Source: Deinococcus sp. (GTDB lineage Bacteria; Deinococcota; Deinococci; Deinococcales; Deinococcaceae). From it: DNA of 64,000 bases. Positions within the stretch are counted from its first letter, which is position 1. Each line of letters starts with the position of its first letter. The notes under the pieces were generated by a model. The model was not told the DNA's origin and did not search any database. It worked only from the letters and a program-made list of their open reading frames with translations. Position numbers and translations under genes: made by a program. This document shows positions 47,427-64,000 of this stretch, one piece after another. The stretch lies in assembly GCA_965261005.1 (NCBI GenBank), contig OZ253375.1, positions 1,248,001 to 1,312,000 of the forward strand. Reading direction: 5' to 3'.

Positions 47427-47723
47427 ATGAGCATGATCCGCAAGCAGGTCTACCTGGAGAGCAAGCAGGACGCCAAGCTCAAGCGCCTCGCGCGGGCCAG
47501 CGGGCGCACCGAGTCGGAGCTGATCCGCCAGGCCGTGGAGCAGTTGCCCGAGACAACCGACCCGGTGCTGGAGGCTTTGCGCGCGGCGGGGCTGCTGGCC
47601 GAGCCAAGGCTGGGGCCACCCAGAGACCCGGGCGCCCGCGCCCGCTTTGAGACTTGGGCAAAAGAGCACGGACCGATTGGCCTTTCTGACGCGGTGCTTG
47701 AAGACCGGGCCGAACAGATTTGA
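47427..47723 (+). CDS. vapB: Ribbon-helix-helix (CopG-like) antitoxin
   Basis: RKQVYL beta strand followed by helix-helix (LKRLA..SG..ESELIRQAV); acidic C-terminus; overlaps the toxin start. Confidence 0.8.
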   Translation: MSMIRKQVYLESKQDAKLKRLARASGRTESELIRQAVEQLPETTDPVLEALRAAGLLAEPRLGPPRDPGARARFETWAKEHGPIGLSDAVLEDRAEQI

Positions 47724-48165
47724 GCATTTACCTCGACACGTCGGCGCTGGTCAAGCGGTACGACCCAGAGGAATCGGGCGCGGTCAGAGTCAACGCTCTT
47801 TTCGCCCGGCGACAGGACTTACCCGTCTACACTTCGGCCCTCAGCACACCGGAGTTGGCCTCCGCGCTACGGCGCAAACGCAACCGCGGCGACCTCAGCG
47901 AGGCCAGCGTAAGCCTGATCTGGAACGCCTTTTTAGAAGACCTGACCAAGGATTATCAGTTTGTCAGCCCAGACGCAGCGGTGTTGCAGTCCGCCTCCAA
48001 GCTCATCTTTGACCACGGCCTGCGCGCCTACGACGCCGTGCAACTCGCCTCAGCCTTGCAACTCGCCGAGGTGGCGCGCCTCAAGCCGCTTGAGCTGCGC
48101 TTCTACACGGCGGACGCGGCGCTCGCGGCGGTGGCCGGGGCCGAGGGGCTGAGCGTACCCCCTCT

Positions 48166-48169
<4 letters not shown>
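47720..48169 (+). CDS. vapC: PIN-domain toxin VapC
   Basis: YLDTSALVKRY, E, LRAYDAVQLASA, TAD acidic quartet. Confidence 0.92.
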
Positions 48170-49503
<1,334 letters not shown>

Positions 49504-49585
49504 AAACAGTCCTTGCCCGCACGGGCCGAGCAGAGCGAGTGAGGACCACGGCCGTCCGTGGTCCGGTTCGCTCAGGCCAACGCCC

Positions 49586-50047
49586 TCAGCCGATCACGAA
49601 CAGCGTCTGCCCGTACTCCACCGGGTCGGCATTCTTCACCAACACCTGCTGCACCACACCGGCCGCCTCCGACTCGATCTCGTTCATCAGCTTCATGGCC
49701 TCAATGATGCACAGCACCTGGCCCACCTCCACCCGGTCGCCCACCTTGACGAAAGGGGCCGCCTCGGGCGAGGACGCCGCGTAAAAGGTGCCGACGATGG
49801 GCGCCTTGACGGGGGCGCCGCTGGCGGTAGGGGCGGGTTCCGGCGCCGGCTCTGGCGCTTGGGCGACGGGGGCCTCACCGGAGGGTGGGGCGGCAAGCAA
49901 AGACAATGGCACAGCCGGCTCGGCGGCCATCTGCCCCTGGACGCCGCGCCTTAAGTTCAGCTCGTAGTCCGCCGTTTTCAGGCTGAACTCGCGCACGTCC
50001 GCCGTCATCAGGGCGTCGAGGATCCGCTTCAGCTCGCGCGGGTCCAC
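49586..50047 (-). CDS. accB: Biotin carboxyl carrier protein
   Basis: EAMKLMNEI biotinylation motif. Confidence 0.97.
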   Translation of the reverse strand: MDPRELKRILDALMTADVREFSLKTADYELNLRRGVQGQMAAEPAVPLSLLAAPPSGEAPVAQAPEPAPEPAPTASGAPVKAPIVGTFYAASSPEAAPFVKVGDRVEVGQVLCIIEAMKLMNEIESEAAGVVQQVLVKNADPVEYGQTLFVIG

Positions 50048-50048
50048 G

Positions 50049-50606
50049 TCAGGCCCGGCTCAGGTATTCGCCGGTGCGGGTGTCCACGCGCACGTTGGTG
50101 CCGTTCTCGACGAAGAGCGGCACCTGAACGGTCGCGCCCGTCTCCAGCTTGGCGGGCTTAGTGCCGCCCGAGACGGTGTCGCCGCGCACGCCGGGATCGG
50201 TCTCCACGATTTGCAACACCAGTTGGTTGGGCAGGCTGATCTTGAGCGGCTTGTCGCGGTACAGTTGCACCTCGACCTCGGTGTTCTCCTTGAGGAACTT
50301 GGAGGCGTCCCCCGCTAGCACCGGGGGCAAGCTGACCTGGTCGAAGGTCTCCATGTCCATGAAGATGAAGTCCTGGCCGTCCTTGTAGAGGTACTGCATC
50401 GGCTTGGTTTCCACGAAGATGTCCTGCAACTTCTCGGTACTGTTAAAGGTGCGGTCCACGATGGCGCCGGTCTCCAAGTTCCTGAACTTGGTCACCACCT
50501 TGGCCCCGCCGCGCCCCATCTTGAGGTGCGAATACTCCAGGCACTCCCACAGGGCGCCGTCCATCTCCACTTTGGTTCCGTTTCTCAAATCCGTTACGCT
50601 GATCAT
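50049..50606 (-). CDS. efp: Elongation factor P
   Basis: HLKMGRGGA loop, PGVRGDT, KPAKLETG, VPLFV. Confidence 0.97.
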   Translation of the reverse strand: MISVTDLRNGTKVEMDGALWECLEYSHLKMGRGGAKVVTKFRNLETGAIVDRTFNSTEKLQDIFVETKPMQYLYKDGQDFIFMDMETFDQVSLPPVLAGDASKFLKENTEVEVQLYRDKPLKISLPNQLVLQIVETDPGVRGDTVSGGTKPAKLETGATVQVPLFVENGTNVRVDTRTGEYLSRA

Positions 50607-50625
50607 AAAGAGCTGTCCTCCACGC

Positions 50626-51585
50626 TCACGCGGTCACGTTTTCGCCCGCAAGCTCGGTCACTTCGGGCTTGAAGCCCACCTGACGAATGTACTCCAGGTA
50701 CTCGGCCTCTGTTAAGGGGCGCTTCTCCCCCGACAGCGCCACGAAGAACGCCTCCATCACGTTGGTGCCGAAGCTGCGCCCCCCGATGCGCGGCGTCGTC
50801 GTGATCATTCTGGCGGCCCCGGCGGCGCGCGCCCAAGCGAGGTCCTCTGGAGTCGTCGTGTTGGTCAGGATGGTCTTGCCGTCCAGCCGACTCGGCGCGT
50901 AGCGGCGGATGTACAGAAAGTCGCCGGCCAGCACCTCGGCCCACTCGAAGTACTTGGTGCCGGCGCCCTGCACGGTCTTTTCCTGCTTTTCGCCGGTCGG
51001 GTAGAACCAGGTGAAGGGGAGCTTGGTGACCACCGGCAGCAGCGTGGTCGCCACCCGGCGCAGGCTTTGGGTGGAGCGCATGGGGTAGTTGACGTTCAGG
51101 CTGAAGATGGCGTCCCCGAAGACCACGTCCGCGCCCGCCTCGACCAGGGCCTCGGCCATGCCGAAGCGGTCCACCGCCGCGACCATCAGCGTCTTGCGCC
51201 CGCGCCAGTGAACGACCGGCTCCAGCAGCCGCACCGCCTCACGCTCCAAGGTGTGCTTGAGGCCCGAGCCGTCGAGCAGCGGCGTCACCTTGGCGTTCTG
51301 CGCCAACCTCGCGATGTCGCGAAAGGTGTAGCGCCGCTCGCCCACCACCAGGTACAAGTCCGCCCCGCCCAGCCCGAAGGCGTCCACCTTGCCGTCGAGG
51401 GCCGCCAGCAGCTCCCCGGCCCGCTTCATGTCGCCGTTCGTGCCGATGCGCTCCAGCACGAACTTCTGGCCCAGCACCTCGGTCTCTTGCCTGGAGTCGC
51501 GCTTGTTCGAGCCGATCGAGACGCTCACCACGTGTTTGAAGCCGCTGGGCGCGGGCGTCCAGCCGGCGGGCAGGGGGTCAGTCAT
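50626..51585 (-). CDS. Conserved protein of unknown function (family often auto-labelled 'quinate 5-dehydrogenase')
   Basis: VVSVSIGS..RD, ERIGTNGD, DGSGLK.TLE, GRSFGTNVMEA; first gene of the efp-accBC operon; the label is from memory. Confidence 0.75.
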   Translation of the reverse strand: MTDPLPAGWTPAPSGFKHVVSVSIGSNKRDSRQETEVLGQKFVLERIGTNGDMKRAGELLAALDGKVDAFGLGGADLYLVVGERRYTFRDIARLAQNAKVTPLLDGSGLKHTLEREAVRLLEPVVHWRGRKTLMVAAVDRFGMAEALVEAGADVVFGDAIFSLNVNYPMRSTQSLRRVATTLLPVVTKLPFTWFYPTGEKQEKTVQGAGTKYFEWAEVLAGDFLYIRRYAPSRLDGKTILTNTTTPEDLAWARAAGAARMITTTPRIGGRSFGTNVMEAFFVALSGEKRPLTEAEYLEYIRQVGFKPEVTELAGENVTA

Positions 51586-51674
51586 ACGCTCTCCTTCGGC
51601 GGATGATAACAGATGGGGTGAAACGGGCGCGAAAGCGGGTGAAGTTTGTACAGATACGTACGATAAGCTGATTT

Positions 51675-51878
51675 ATGACCGAAGCTGAAATCGCCGCTTT
51701 GCATGCCCGTCTGCGTGAAACCGCAAACCGAACCAAACACGACGAAAATGCGGAAGACATCGTGCGCTTCGTACGCGCGCTGATGGCTCGCCCTTCACCA
51801 CCGCTTCCCGGTCACTTGAGCAGTGAGGACGCCGAGCAATTGGTACGCGCGATTCGGGCGGACCGGGACGCCGAGTAA
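51675..51878 (+). CDS. Small orphan protein, antitoxin-like
   Basis: TAAGCT box 5 nt before the ATG; C-terminal GHLSSEDAEQLVRAIRADR helix. Confidence 0.55.
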   Translation: MTEAEIAALHARLRETANRTKHDENAEDIVRFVRALMARPSPPLPGHLSSEDAEQLVRAIRADRDAE

Positions 51879-51886
51879 AAAACGCT

Positions 51887-53211
<1,325 letters not shown>

Positions 53212-53215
<4 letters not shown>

Positions 53216-54441
53216 GGATAGACTCCTCTGAGGGCGGTCGCGTCGTGCAAACGGTTCAGGGCCACGGCGTAAGCGGCGGCGCGCAAGTCGGTCTTGGCTT
53301 GTTTTTGCATGGTCAGCACCACGTCCAGCATGGCGTTCGTGCGGCGCTCCAGGGCCGAGAGAATCTCCTCCTCGGTCCAGAAAAAGCTGCTGGCGTCCTG
53401 CACCCACTCCAGGTAGCTGAGGGTCGCGCCACCGCCCGAGGCCACCAGATCAGGAATGACCAGGCCCGACAGCTCCCGCTCCGCGTCCGCCAGAATGGCG
53501 CGGTTGCTGGCCTCCACCAGGAAGCGGGCGCGCACGCCGGGCGCCAGGCCCTCGCCGATAATGCCCCAGTCGGCCGACAGCGCCAGCACCGTCACGTCCA
53601 GCGTCAGCAAATGGCCGCGGCTCAGGCTCCCCGCGAAGCCGACCACCGAGCCGTGCGCCTCGCGGTACTCGGCGAGGGCGGCGAGGTCGAGGCCGGCCGG
53701 GTCGTGGATGGCGCCGGCTTGGTCCGCCACGGCCACCACCCGCGCCCCGAGGTCGCTCAGGCGGCGGGCCAGCTCGCGGCCGACGCTGCCGTAGCCGTAG
53801 ACGGCCGCCGTCACCTCGCCGTCCACGTTCTTGTCGCGCAGCACCCGCTCAGTCACCAGGGCGGCGGCCCGGCCGCGCGCCTCCTTGCTGCCGTAGGAGC
53901 CGCCCAGCGCGAGCGGCTTGCCGGTCACGACGCCGCTGCTGCCCTCGCCGGTGTTTTCAACGTAGGTGTCGAGCATCCAGGCCATCACCCGCTCGTCGGT
54001 GCCGACGTCGGGGGCCATGATGTCCTGGCCCGGCCCGATGAAGTCGCTCAGCTCGCTGGTGTAGCGCCGGGTCAGGCGTTCCAGTTCTCCGGCGCTGAGG
54101 CCCTCCGGGTCCACGGCAACGCCGCCCTTGGCCCCGCCAAGGGGCAGGTCCATCACGGCGCACTTGAGGGTCATCACGGCCGCCAGTACCTCGCACTCGT
54201 AGGCGGTCAGGTCGGGCTTGTAGCGCACGCCGCCGGTGGACGGGCCGCGCGCGATGGAGTGGACCGTGCGGTAGCCCTGAAAGACCTGCACCTCACCGCT
54301 GTCCATGCGAACGGGCAAGGACAAGCTGAGGGTACGCTTGGGATGCTTGAAGTAGGCCAGCGACTGCTGGTCGGAGCGCGCGAAGGGCAGAGCGCGCTCC
54401 ATCTGTTCCATCAGCCCTGACCAGCTGAGGGCGCCCTGCAT
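53212..54441 (-). CDS. gdhA: Glutamate dehydrogenase paralog, probable non-catalytic regulatory subunit
   Basis: GPSTGGVRY (Lys to Thr), GYGSVG, EASN instead of EGANGP; tandem with the catalytic copy as in Thermus GdhA/GdhB. Confidence 0.8.
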
Positions 54442-54591
54442 ACGAACCTCCCTGACAAAGTGAAGTGATCGCCCCAGAGTATACATGGCGCCGTCCAACG
54501 AACGTCCATTTGCCAAAAGACGTGCCTTGCGGGAAGTGGGCGTATAAACGTCGAACTCGGCGGCTTCAAGCCGGGCATTCATTCAACCTGG

Positions 54592-55566
54592 CTACTTCAC
54601 CCGCTCGGCGGCGCCCTCGGCCAACGCCTCCAAGGCGCTGCGGGCCGGTGACGGGGGCAGGGCGACCAGGGCGCGAATGGCCAGCTCGGCGCGGCGGCGA
54701 ATTTCGGCGCGGGTAGCGTCAAAGGCGCCGCTTTTCTGCGCGAGCAGGCGCACCCGCTCCACGTCGCCCTCCTTTGCCGCGCGCCGCTCCAGCACGTCCC
54801 GCACCTCCTCCGCGTGCGGTCCCTGAAGCAGGTGCAGCGCCGGCAGGGTCGCCTTGCCCTCGCGCAGGTCGCCCCCGACCGGCTTGCCGAGCGTGCCCGC
54901 GTCGGCGGCCAGGTCGAGCAGGTCGTCCTGCATCTGAAAGGCGAGGCCAAACTCCAGCCCGAAGGTGGACAGCGCCTCGCACCGCTCTTGCGGCGCCCCC
55001 GTCAGCAGGGCGGGCGCGCGGGCGGCGGTGCGCAGCAGGGCGGCCGTCTTGCCGGTGATAATGCTGAGGTAGTGGTCCAGGGTGTACTCGCCGTAGGCGG
55101 CGGCCTGAAACTGCAACACCTCGCCTTCGCAGATCAGGGCGGCGGTCGCGCCGAACTCGCGGGTCAGGCCCGGCGGCATGTCCGAGAGCAGCAGCAGCAG
55201 CTTGCTGAGCATGAAGTCCCCCGACATCACGCTGACGATGTTGCCGTAACGTCGGTAGGCCGCTTCCTGACCGCGCCGGGACGCCGCGTCGTCAATCAGG
55301 TCGTCATGCAGCAGCGAGGCGCTGTGCAGCAGCTCGACCGCCACGGCGAGGTCCACCTCACGCGGGTCCACGTCGCTGGCCCCCGGATGACCGACCCCTG
55401 AACCGAGGGCGCGCGCCGCCAGAAAGGTGACGGTCGGGCGCAGGCGCTTGCCGCCCGCCGCGACCAAGTCCTCGCCGATCAGCTCGATGAACTCCACCTT
55501 CGAGCGCAGCACCTCGCGAATGCGCGCCTCAAAGGCCTCGAACGGGGCGGCAAGAGGACTGTTCAC
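54592..55566 (-). CDS. Polyprenyl diphosphate synthase (IspB/HepT-like)
   Basis: GGKRLRP, LLHDDLID..RRG, GKTA, FQMQDDLLD; leaderless TATACT box. Confidence 0.93.
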   Translation of the reverse strand: MNSPLAAPFEAFEARIREVLRSKVEFIELIGEDLVAAGGKRLRPTVTFLAARALGSGVGHPGASDVDPREVDLAVAVELLHSASLLHDDLIDDAASRRGQEAAYRRYGNIVSVMSGDFMLSKLLLLLSDMPPGLTREFGATAALICEGEVLQFQAAAYGEYTLDHYLSIITGKTAALLRTAARAPALLTGAPQERCEALSTFGLEFGLAFQMQDDLLDLAADAGTLGKPVGGDLREGKATLPALHLLQGPHAEEVRDVLERRAAKEGDVERVRLLAQKSGAFDATRAEIRRRAELAIRALVALPPSPARSALEALAEGAAERVK

Positions 55567-55734
55567 AAGGTGAGTATATCCGGCAGGGACGGGCTTTTTG
55601 ACCCGTCCATTCTCGCCGCGTGTGGCCCAGGTCGCCTTTGAGGACGAACGTCCTGACCCTCAGCTGGGCTACACTGGGGGCATGTATAGATCAGTTTCAC
55701 TGCCCTTCGCCGCGCGCTTCGGGGGGCGCCCGCG

Positions 55735-56811
<1,077 letters not shown>

Positions 56812-56825
56812 GCCGGACGTGTTTC

Positions 56826-57425
<600 letters not shown>

Positions 57426-57494
57426 GAAAAGTGAGCCGGACAAAAGCGGAGGTCAGTGTAGGCTGCGCCCCCGGCCTTGTCAAGAAAAGCGCGG

Positions 57495-57970
57495 CTACTC
57501 CAAATCGTCGTAATGGTGTAGCAACCGGGCCTCGGCGTCCTCGCCGGGGGCGTGGTGGCGCGCCACCAAGTCGGCCACCCGCGCCCGCGCCCCCGCCGCA
57601 CGCAACAGATCGGCACCCACAAGTGGGTGCCGGGCGCGAATTTCCAGCGCGCCTACGGGCAGAGCATGGGCCACGCTGACCGGCACCAGACCCGCCGACA
57701 CCCGCTCCCACACCCGGTACGGCCGCTCGCACTTGCCGCAGTCGTGCAGCAGGGCCGCCGCCACCAGTTCGGCCGAGGTTCCCGGCAGCTCGGCGATAAG
57801 GCGGCGGGCCACCCGCACGGCGTGTTCACGGTCGCGTGGGTCCATGCGCAGGTACACCGAACGCTCGCCGGCGTTCAGCCAAAGGGTTGCCCAAGCGTCG
57901 TCAGGAGCGGCCTGGGCAGCGCTGAGGCTACGCGAAAGGCGGGCAAGCTTGCCCGGCCAACCCGCCCGAC

Positions 57971-57974
<4 letters not shown>
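57495..57974 (-). CDS. HD-domain phosphohydrolase-like protein
   Basis: H...[19 protein letters not shown]; start overlaps the trxB stop. Confidence 0.8.
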
Positions 57975-58945
<971 letters not shown>

Positions 58946-59045
58946 ACAGGAAGATTAGCACCCCCATCAAAAACGGTTGGTCAGCCGCCTCACACACTTT
59001 ATAATTTAAAGTGAAGACTGTCTGTTCTGAAGCACCAAGAAAGAC

Positions 59046-59074
59046 AAAAGCCGACCAGATGATCCGGTCGGCTT
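59046..59074 (-). terminator. Terminator downstream of tRNA-Gln
   Basis: AAGCCGACC...GGTCGGCTT hairpin with a T-run on the minus strand. Confidence 0.7.
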
Positions 59075-59077
59075 ATT

Positions 59078-59151
59078 TGGCTGGGGCACATGGATTCGAA
59101 CCATGATCGACGCTTCCAGAGAGCGTTGTCCTGCCGTTAGACGATGCCCCA
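59078..59151 (-). tRNA. tRNA-Gln (anticodon CTG)
   Basis: Reverse complement TGGGGCATCGTCTAACGG...ACGCT-CTCTGGA-AGCGT...GGTTCGAATCC...GCCA. Confidence 0.95.
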
Positions 59152-59306
59152 CCGTTTGGTTCCACCGCTTCAGTGCAGCGCAAAAGATTTTAGCTGGCCG
59201 GATCGCCGGCGTCAAGAGCGAGAAGGGAAAACTGGCTTGGCAGACGCGCTGCGCGGTGGTACAATTGATTGTTGACGCACTCGTGCGCTCCAGGAGGATT
59301 CAGTTG

Positions 59307-61208
<1,902 letters not shown>

Positions 61209-61222
61209 GTGGGCTGGAATGG

Positions 61223-61255
61223 AAGGGCGGGCATACGTGCCCGCCCTTTTCTTTT
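61223..61255 (+). terminator. Intrinsic terminator after rpsA
   Basis: AAGGGCGGGCA-TACG-TGCCCGCCCTT followed by TTCTTTT. Confidence 0.85.
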
Positions 61256-61273
61256 GAGACGAGGGGCGGACCC

Positions 61274-61648
61274 ATGAACAAAAACGACGTGTCCCGTTCG
61301 GCTTTGGCCGGTTTCTTCGTGGTCGCCGGCCTGTCGCATTTCGTGGAAACCGGAAGCTACCAAAGCGCCGTGCCGCCCCCTTTTCCGGCTCGGGCGGCCG
61401 TTTTGTGGAGCGGTGCGGCCGAAATCGCGGGTGGGTTGGGGCTGTTGCTGCCGGGAACACGCCGCGCGGCGAGCTGGGGCCTGGTCGCCCTGCTGCTGGC
61501 GGTGTGGCCGGCGAACGTCTGGATGGCGTTGCGGCCGGAACGGTTTTCACCCATTCCAGCCTGGGCCTTGTGGCTGCGGATGCCGCTGCAACTGCCGCTG
61601 CTGTGGTGGGCCTGGCGGGCCGGGCGGCCGAACGGGCGTTCGCTATAA
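61274..61648 (+). CDS. DoxX-like membrane protein
   Basis: [24 protein letters not shown]. Confidence 0.8.
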   Translation: MNKNDVSRSALAGFFVVAGLSHFVETGSYQSAVPPPFPARAAVLWSGAAEIAGGLGLLLPGTRRAASWGLVALLLAVWPANVWMALRPERFSPIPAWALWLRMPLQLPLLWWAWRAGRPNGRSL

Positions 61649-61655
61649 TCCGCCC

Positions 61656-62858
61656 ATGACCCAGAGTGGCAGCAACATCGTGATCGTGGCCGCGCGGCGC
61701 ACGCCCATCGGCAGCTTTATGGGCGCCTTTAAAGACGTGCCGGCGGTGGACCTCGGCGTGACCGCCGCGCGGGCGGTGCTTGAAGATATAAACGGTGATG
61801 CCAGCGTTGATGGAAACGATGTTGCCGACGTGATCGTGGGCAACGTCTTGCAGGCGGGCCAGGGCATGAACCCGGCGCGGCAAATCGCCGTGAGAGCAGG
61901 GTTGCCCCAGCACGTGCCGGGCCAGACGGTCAACCGGGTGTGCGGCTCGGGCCTACAGGCGGTCATCAGCGCGGCCCAGGGCCTCAGGAGTGGCGACGGC
62001 CAGCTCTACTTGGCGGGCGGCACCGAGAACATGAGCCGCGCGCCGTACCTGGCCCCCGGGGTACGCGCCGGCTTGCGGCTCGGGAGCGGCACCTTGGTGG
62101 ACTCGATGCAACACGACGGCCTGACCGACGCCTTTCACGGCTACGCGATGGGGATCACGGCCGAGAACATCGCCCAGCAGTGGGAGATCACCCGCGAGCA
62201 GCAGGACCAATTCGCGGCGGAGAGTCAGCGCCGCGCTCAGGAGGCCATAGCGTCCGGCGCCTTTGCAGAGGAAGTGGTGCCCGTCGAGGTGCCCGGCAAG
62301 AAGGGGCCAACCCTGGTCGAGCGCGACGAGTACCCGCGCCCCGGCACCACGGCCGAGACGCTGGGCAAGCTGCGCCCCGCCTTTCAAGAAGGGGGCACCG
62401 TCACGGCCGGCAACGCCAGCGGCCTCAACGACGGCGCCGCCATGCTGCTGCTGGCAACGGAGGACTACGCCCGCGCCAACGGCCTGCCCGCGCTGGGCGA
62501 ACTCGTCTCGTATGCCGCCATCGGGGTGGACCCGGCCGTCATGGGCATCGGGCCGGCGAAGGCAGTGCCCATCGCCCTGCAAAAAGCCGGGCTGAAGGTG
62601 GCCGACGTAGATTTGTTCGAGCTGAACGAGGCCTTTGCGGCGCAGTCCTTGGCGGTGGTGCGCGACCTCGGCGTGGACGCTGACAAGGTGAACGTCACCG
62701 GCGGCGCCATCGCCCTGGGTCACCCTATCGGCGCGAGCGGGGCGCGGGTGCTGGTCACGCTGCTGCACGCCCTGCGGCGCGCGGGCAAGCAGCACGGCGT
62801 CGCCAGCTTGTGCATCGGCGGCGGCATGGGCATCGCCGTGGTGGTGCGGGCGCGCTAG
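61656..62858 (+). CDS. Acetyl-CoA C-acyltransferase (thiolase)
   Basis: [25 protein letters not shown]; leaderless TATAAT box. Confidence 0.96.
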   Translation: MTQSGSNIVIVAARRTPIGSFMGAFKDVPAVDLGVTAARAVLEDINGDASVDGNDVADVIVGNVLQAGQGMNPARQIAVRAGLPQHVPGQTVNRVCGSGLQAVISAAQGLRSGDGQLYLAGGTENMSRAPYLAPGVRAGLRLGSGTLVDSMQHDGLTDAFHGYAMGITAENIAQQWEITREQQDQFAAESQRRAQEAIASGAFAEEVVPVEVPGKKGPTLVERDEYPRPGTTAETLGKLRPAFQEGGTVTAGNASGLNDGAAMLLLATEDYARANGLPALGELVSYAAIGVDPAVMGIGPAKAVPIALQKAGLKVADVDLFELNEAFAAQSLAVVRDLGVDADKVNVTGGAIALGHPIGASGARVLVTLLHALRRAGKQHGVASLCIGGGMGIAVVVRAR

Positions 62859-62864
62859 AAAATA

Positions 62865-62891
62865 CCCCTCACCCGCAAGGGGAGAGGGGGA
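62865..62891. repeat. Second REP-like palindrome
   Basis: CCCCTCACCC-GCAA-GGGGAGAGGGG; its reverse complement resembles the element at 26649. Confidence 0.5.
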
Positions 62892-62906
62892 GTTAGGAGA
62901 GCTGGC

Positions 62907-63098
62907 ATGACCGACCCCCGAGATGACCGCGAAACCGACCTTCCCGAAGTCTCCGAGGAGCGCAGTGAGGGCCTGACCGGCCGCCCCGACGCCCACGAAT
63001 GGCGCCACCTCGACGAGGGGGACGCCCTCAAAAAGGTCCCCGATGAGCTGGGCCGCCTGGAACCCGAAATCAACCCCATGAGCATCGACGACCGCTGA
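62907..63098 (+). CDS. Small acidic hypothetical protein
   Basis: RBS AGGAG, host-like codon usage. Confidence 0.55.
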   Translation: MTDPRDDRETDLPEVSEERSEGLTGRPDAHEWRHLDEGDALKKVPDELGRLEPEINPMSIDDR

Positions 63099-63404
63099 TT
63101 ACAGCGGCGCGACGTACACCTCGCCGTCCTCGACTTCGGTTTTATAAATGGGCACCGGCTTCACGGCAGGCAAGACTTTGGCCTTTCCCGTCGCCAGCTC
63201 GAACTTGGCCCCATGCTTTTCGCAGGTGACGCGGCCCCCGCTCACCCCGCCCCCCAACAGCGGGTAATCCTTGTGCGAGCAGTTGTTGCGGAGGGCGTAG
63301 TACTGGCCCTCAAAGTTGATGACCACAACGCTTTTTCCCTCCACCATCACGGCCGTTTGGGAGCCTTCGGGCAGCTCGGAGGTGGTACCAACCAACACAC
63401 GCAT
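63099..63404 (-). CDS. Rieske-type ferredoxin (suf-associated)
   Basis: CSH...CEKH Rieske ligands; ATG at 63404 is preceded by TACACT with a 7-nt spacer. Confidence 0.92.
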   Translation of the reverse strand: MRVLVGTTSELPEGSQTAVMVEGKSVVVINFEGQYYALRNNCSHKDYPLLGGGVSGGRVTCEKHGAKFELATGKAKVLPAVKPVPIYKTEVEDGEVYVAPL

Positions 63405-63450
63405 GAAAGGTAGTGTACGGGAAACGCCCTCCACAACCCGGCCAAGGCAA

Positions 63451-63476
63451 AGCGGCCAACTCCAAAGTTGGCCGCT
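63451..63476. terminator. Hairpin between sufD and the Rieske gene
   Basis: AGCGGCCAACT-CCAA-AGTTGGCCGCT. Confidence 0.55.
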
Positions 63477-63490
63477 GACCGGACGACTCT

Positions 63491-64000
63491 TTAAACCGCC
63501 CCAACCTTCTCGGCGATCACGTTCTCGATGTACTTCACCACGCTCTGAAGGGGCACGCGCGACAGGACGTCCTCCAAAAAGGCGGTCACCAGAATCTTCT
63601 CGGCGATCTCCTGCGGCACACCGCGCGAGCGCAGGTAGAAGAGCTGTTCCCGGTCCACCGGCCCGGTCGTGGAGCCGTGCGAGCAGCGCACGTCGTTGGC
63701 GTTGATTTCCAGCTGCGGGATGGAGTCGTTGCGCGCGTCGCTGGAGAGCAGCAGCGTCCGGTGCTTTTGATAGGCGTCGGTCTTCTGCGCGCCGAGGTCC
63801 ACCTTGATCATGCCGCTGAAGACACCGCGCGCCTGGTCGTCGAGAACGCTCTTATACAGCAAATCCGAGTGGGCGTGGTCGGCGGCGTGGTGTTGCAGGG
63901 TGTAGTGGTCGAAGTGCTGCTCAGCCGAAGCGAAATTGAGACCCAGCATCTCGCTGGAGCTGCCCGGCCCGCGCAGGTAGCTCTGCATCTCGCTGCGGCT
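63491..64000 (-). CDS. sufD: Fe-S cluster assembly protein SufD (3' part; starts beyond the window)
   Basis: [35 protein letters not shown]. Confidence 0.92.
   Translation of the reverse strand, partial: SRSEMQSYLRGPGSSSEMLGLNFASAEQHFDHYTLQHHAADHAHSDLLYKSVLDDQARGVFSGMIKVDLGAQKTDAYQKHRTLLLSSDARNDSIPQLEINANDVRCSHGSTTGPVDREQLFYLRSRGVPQEIAEKILVTAFLEDVLSRVPLQSVVKYIENVIAEKVGAV

Overview
A 64-kb, very GC-rich chromosomal segment that is almost certainly from Deinococcota, most likely Deinococcaceae. The supporting signs are homoisocitrate dehydrogenase, a GdhA/GdhB pair, a pilMNOWQ operon, an Arg-tipped EF-P, and pervasive leaderless genes with a TANNNT box 5-7 nt before the start codon. Most of the window is core genome: rex, rlmN, mutS2, type IV pilus/competence genes, aroCKBQ, rplM-rpsI, a sugar/G3P-type ABC importer, xth, rnr, efp-accBC, gdhAB, prfA, trxB, rpsA, a thiolase, sufD, tRNA-Glu and tRNA-Gln. 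The main accessory block lies between rnr and accC (39004-48169). It holds a complete four-gene SMC system matching type II Wadjet (jetABCD), extended by a fifth, translationally coupled non-DNA-type SAM methyltransferase. jetC has its own internal promoter, and jetA shares a 45-bp back-to-back promoter region with an RHH-antitoxin/VapC module. Other items of note are a GCS2 ligase-PS decarboxylase-DedA cluster (candidate lipid pathway), an alpha-amylase broken by a single in-frame amber codon, an Asp-less receiver protein, an orphan antitoxin-like gene and several candidate operator motifs. All family assignments come from motif recognition by eye; no database search was run.
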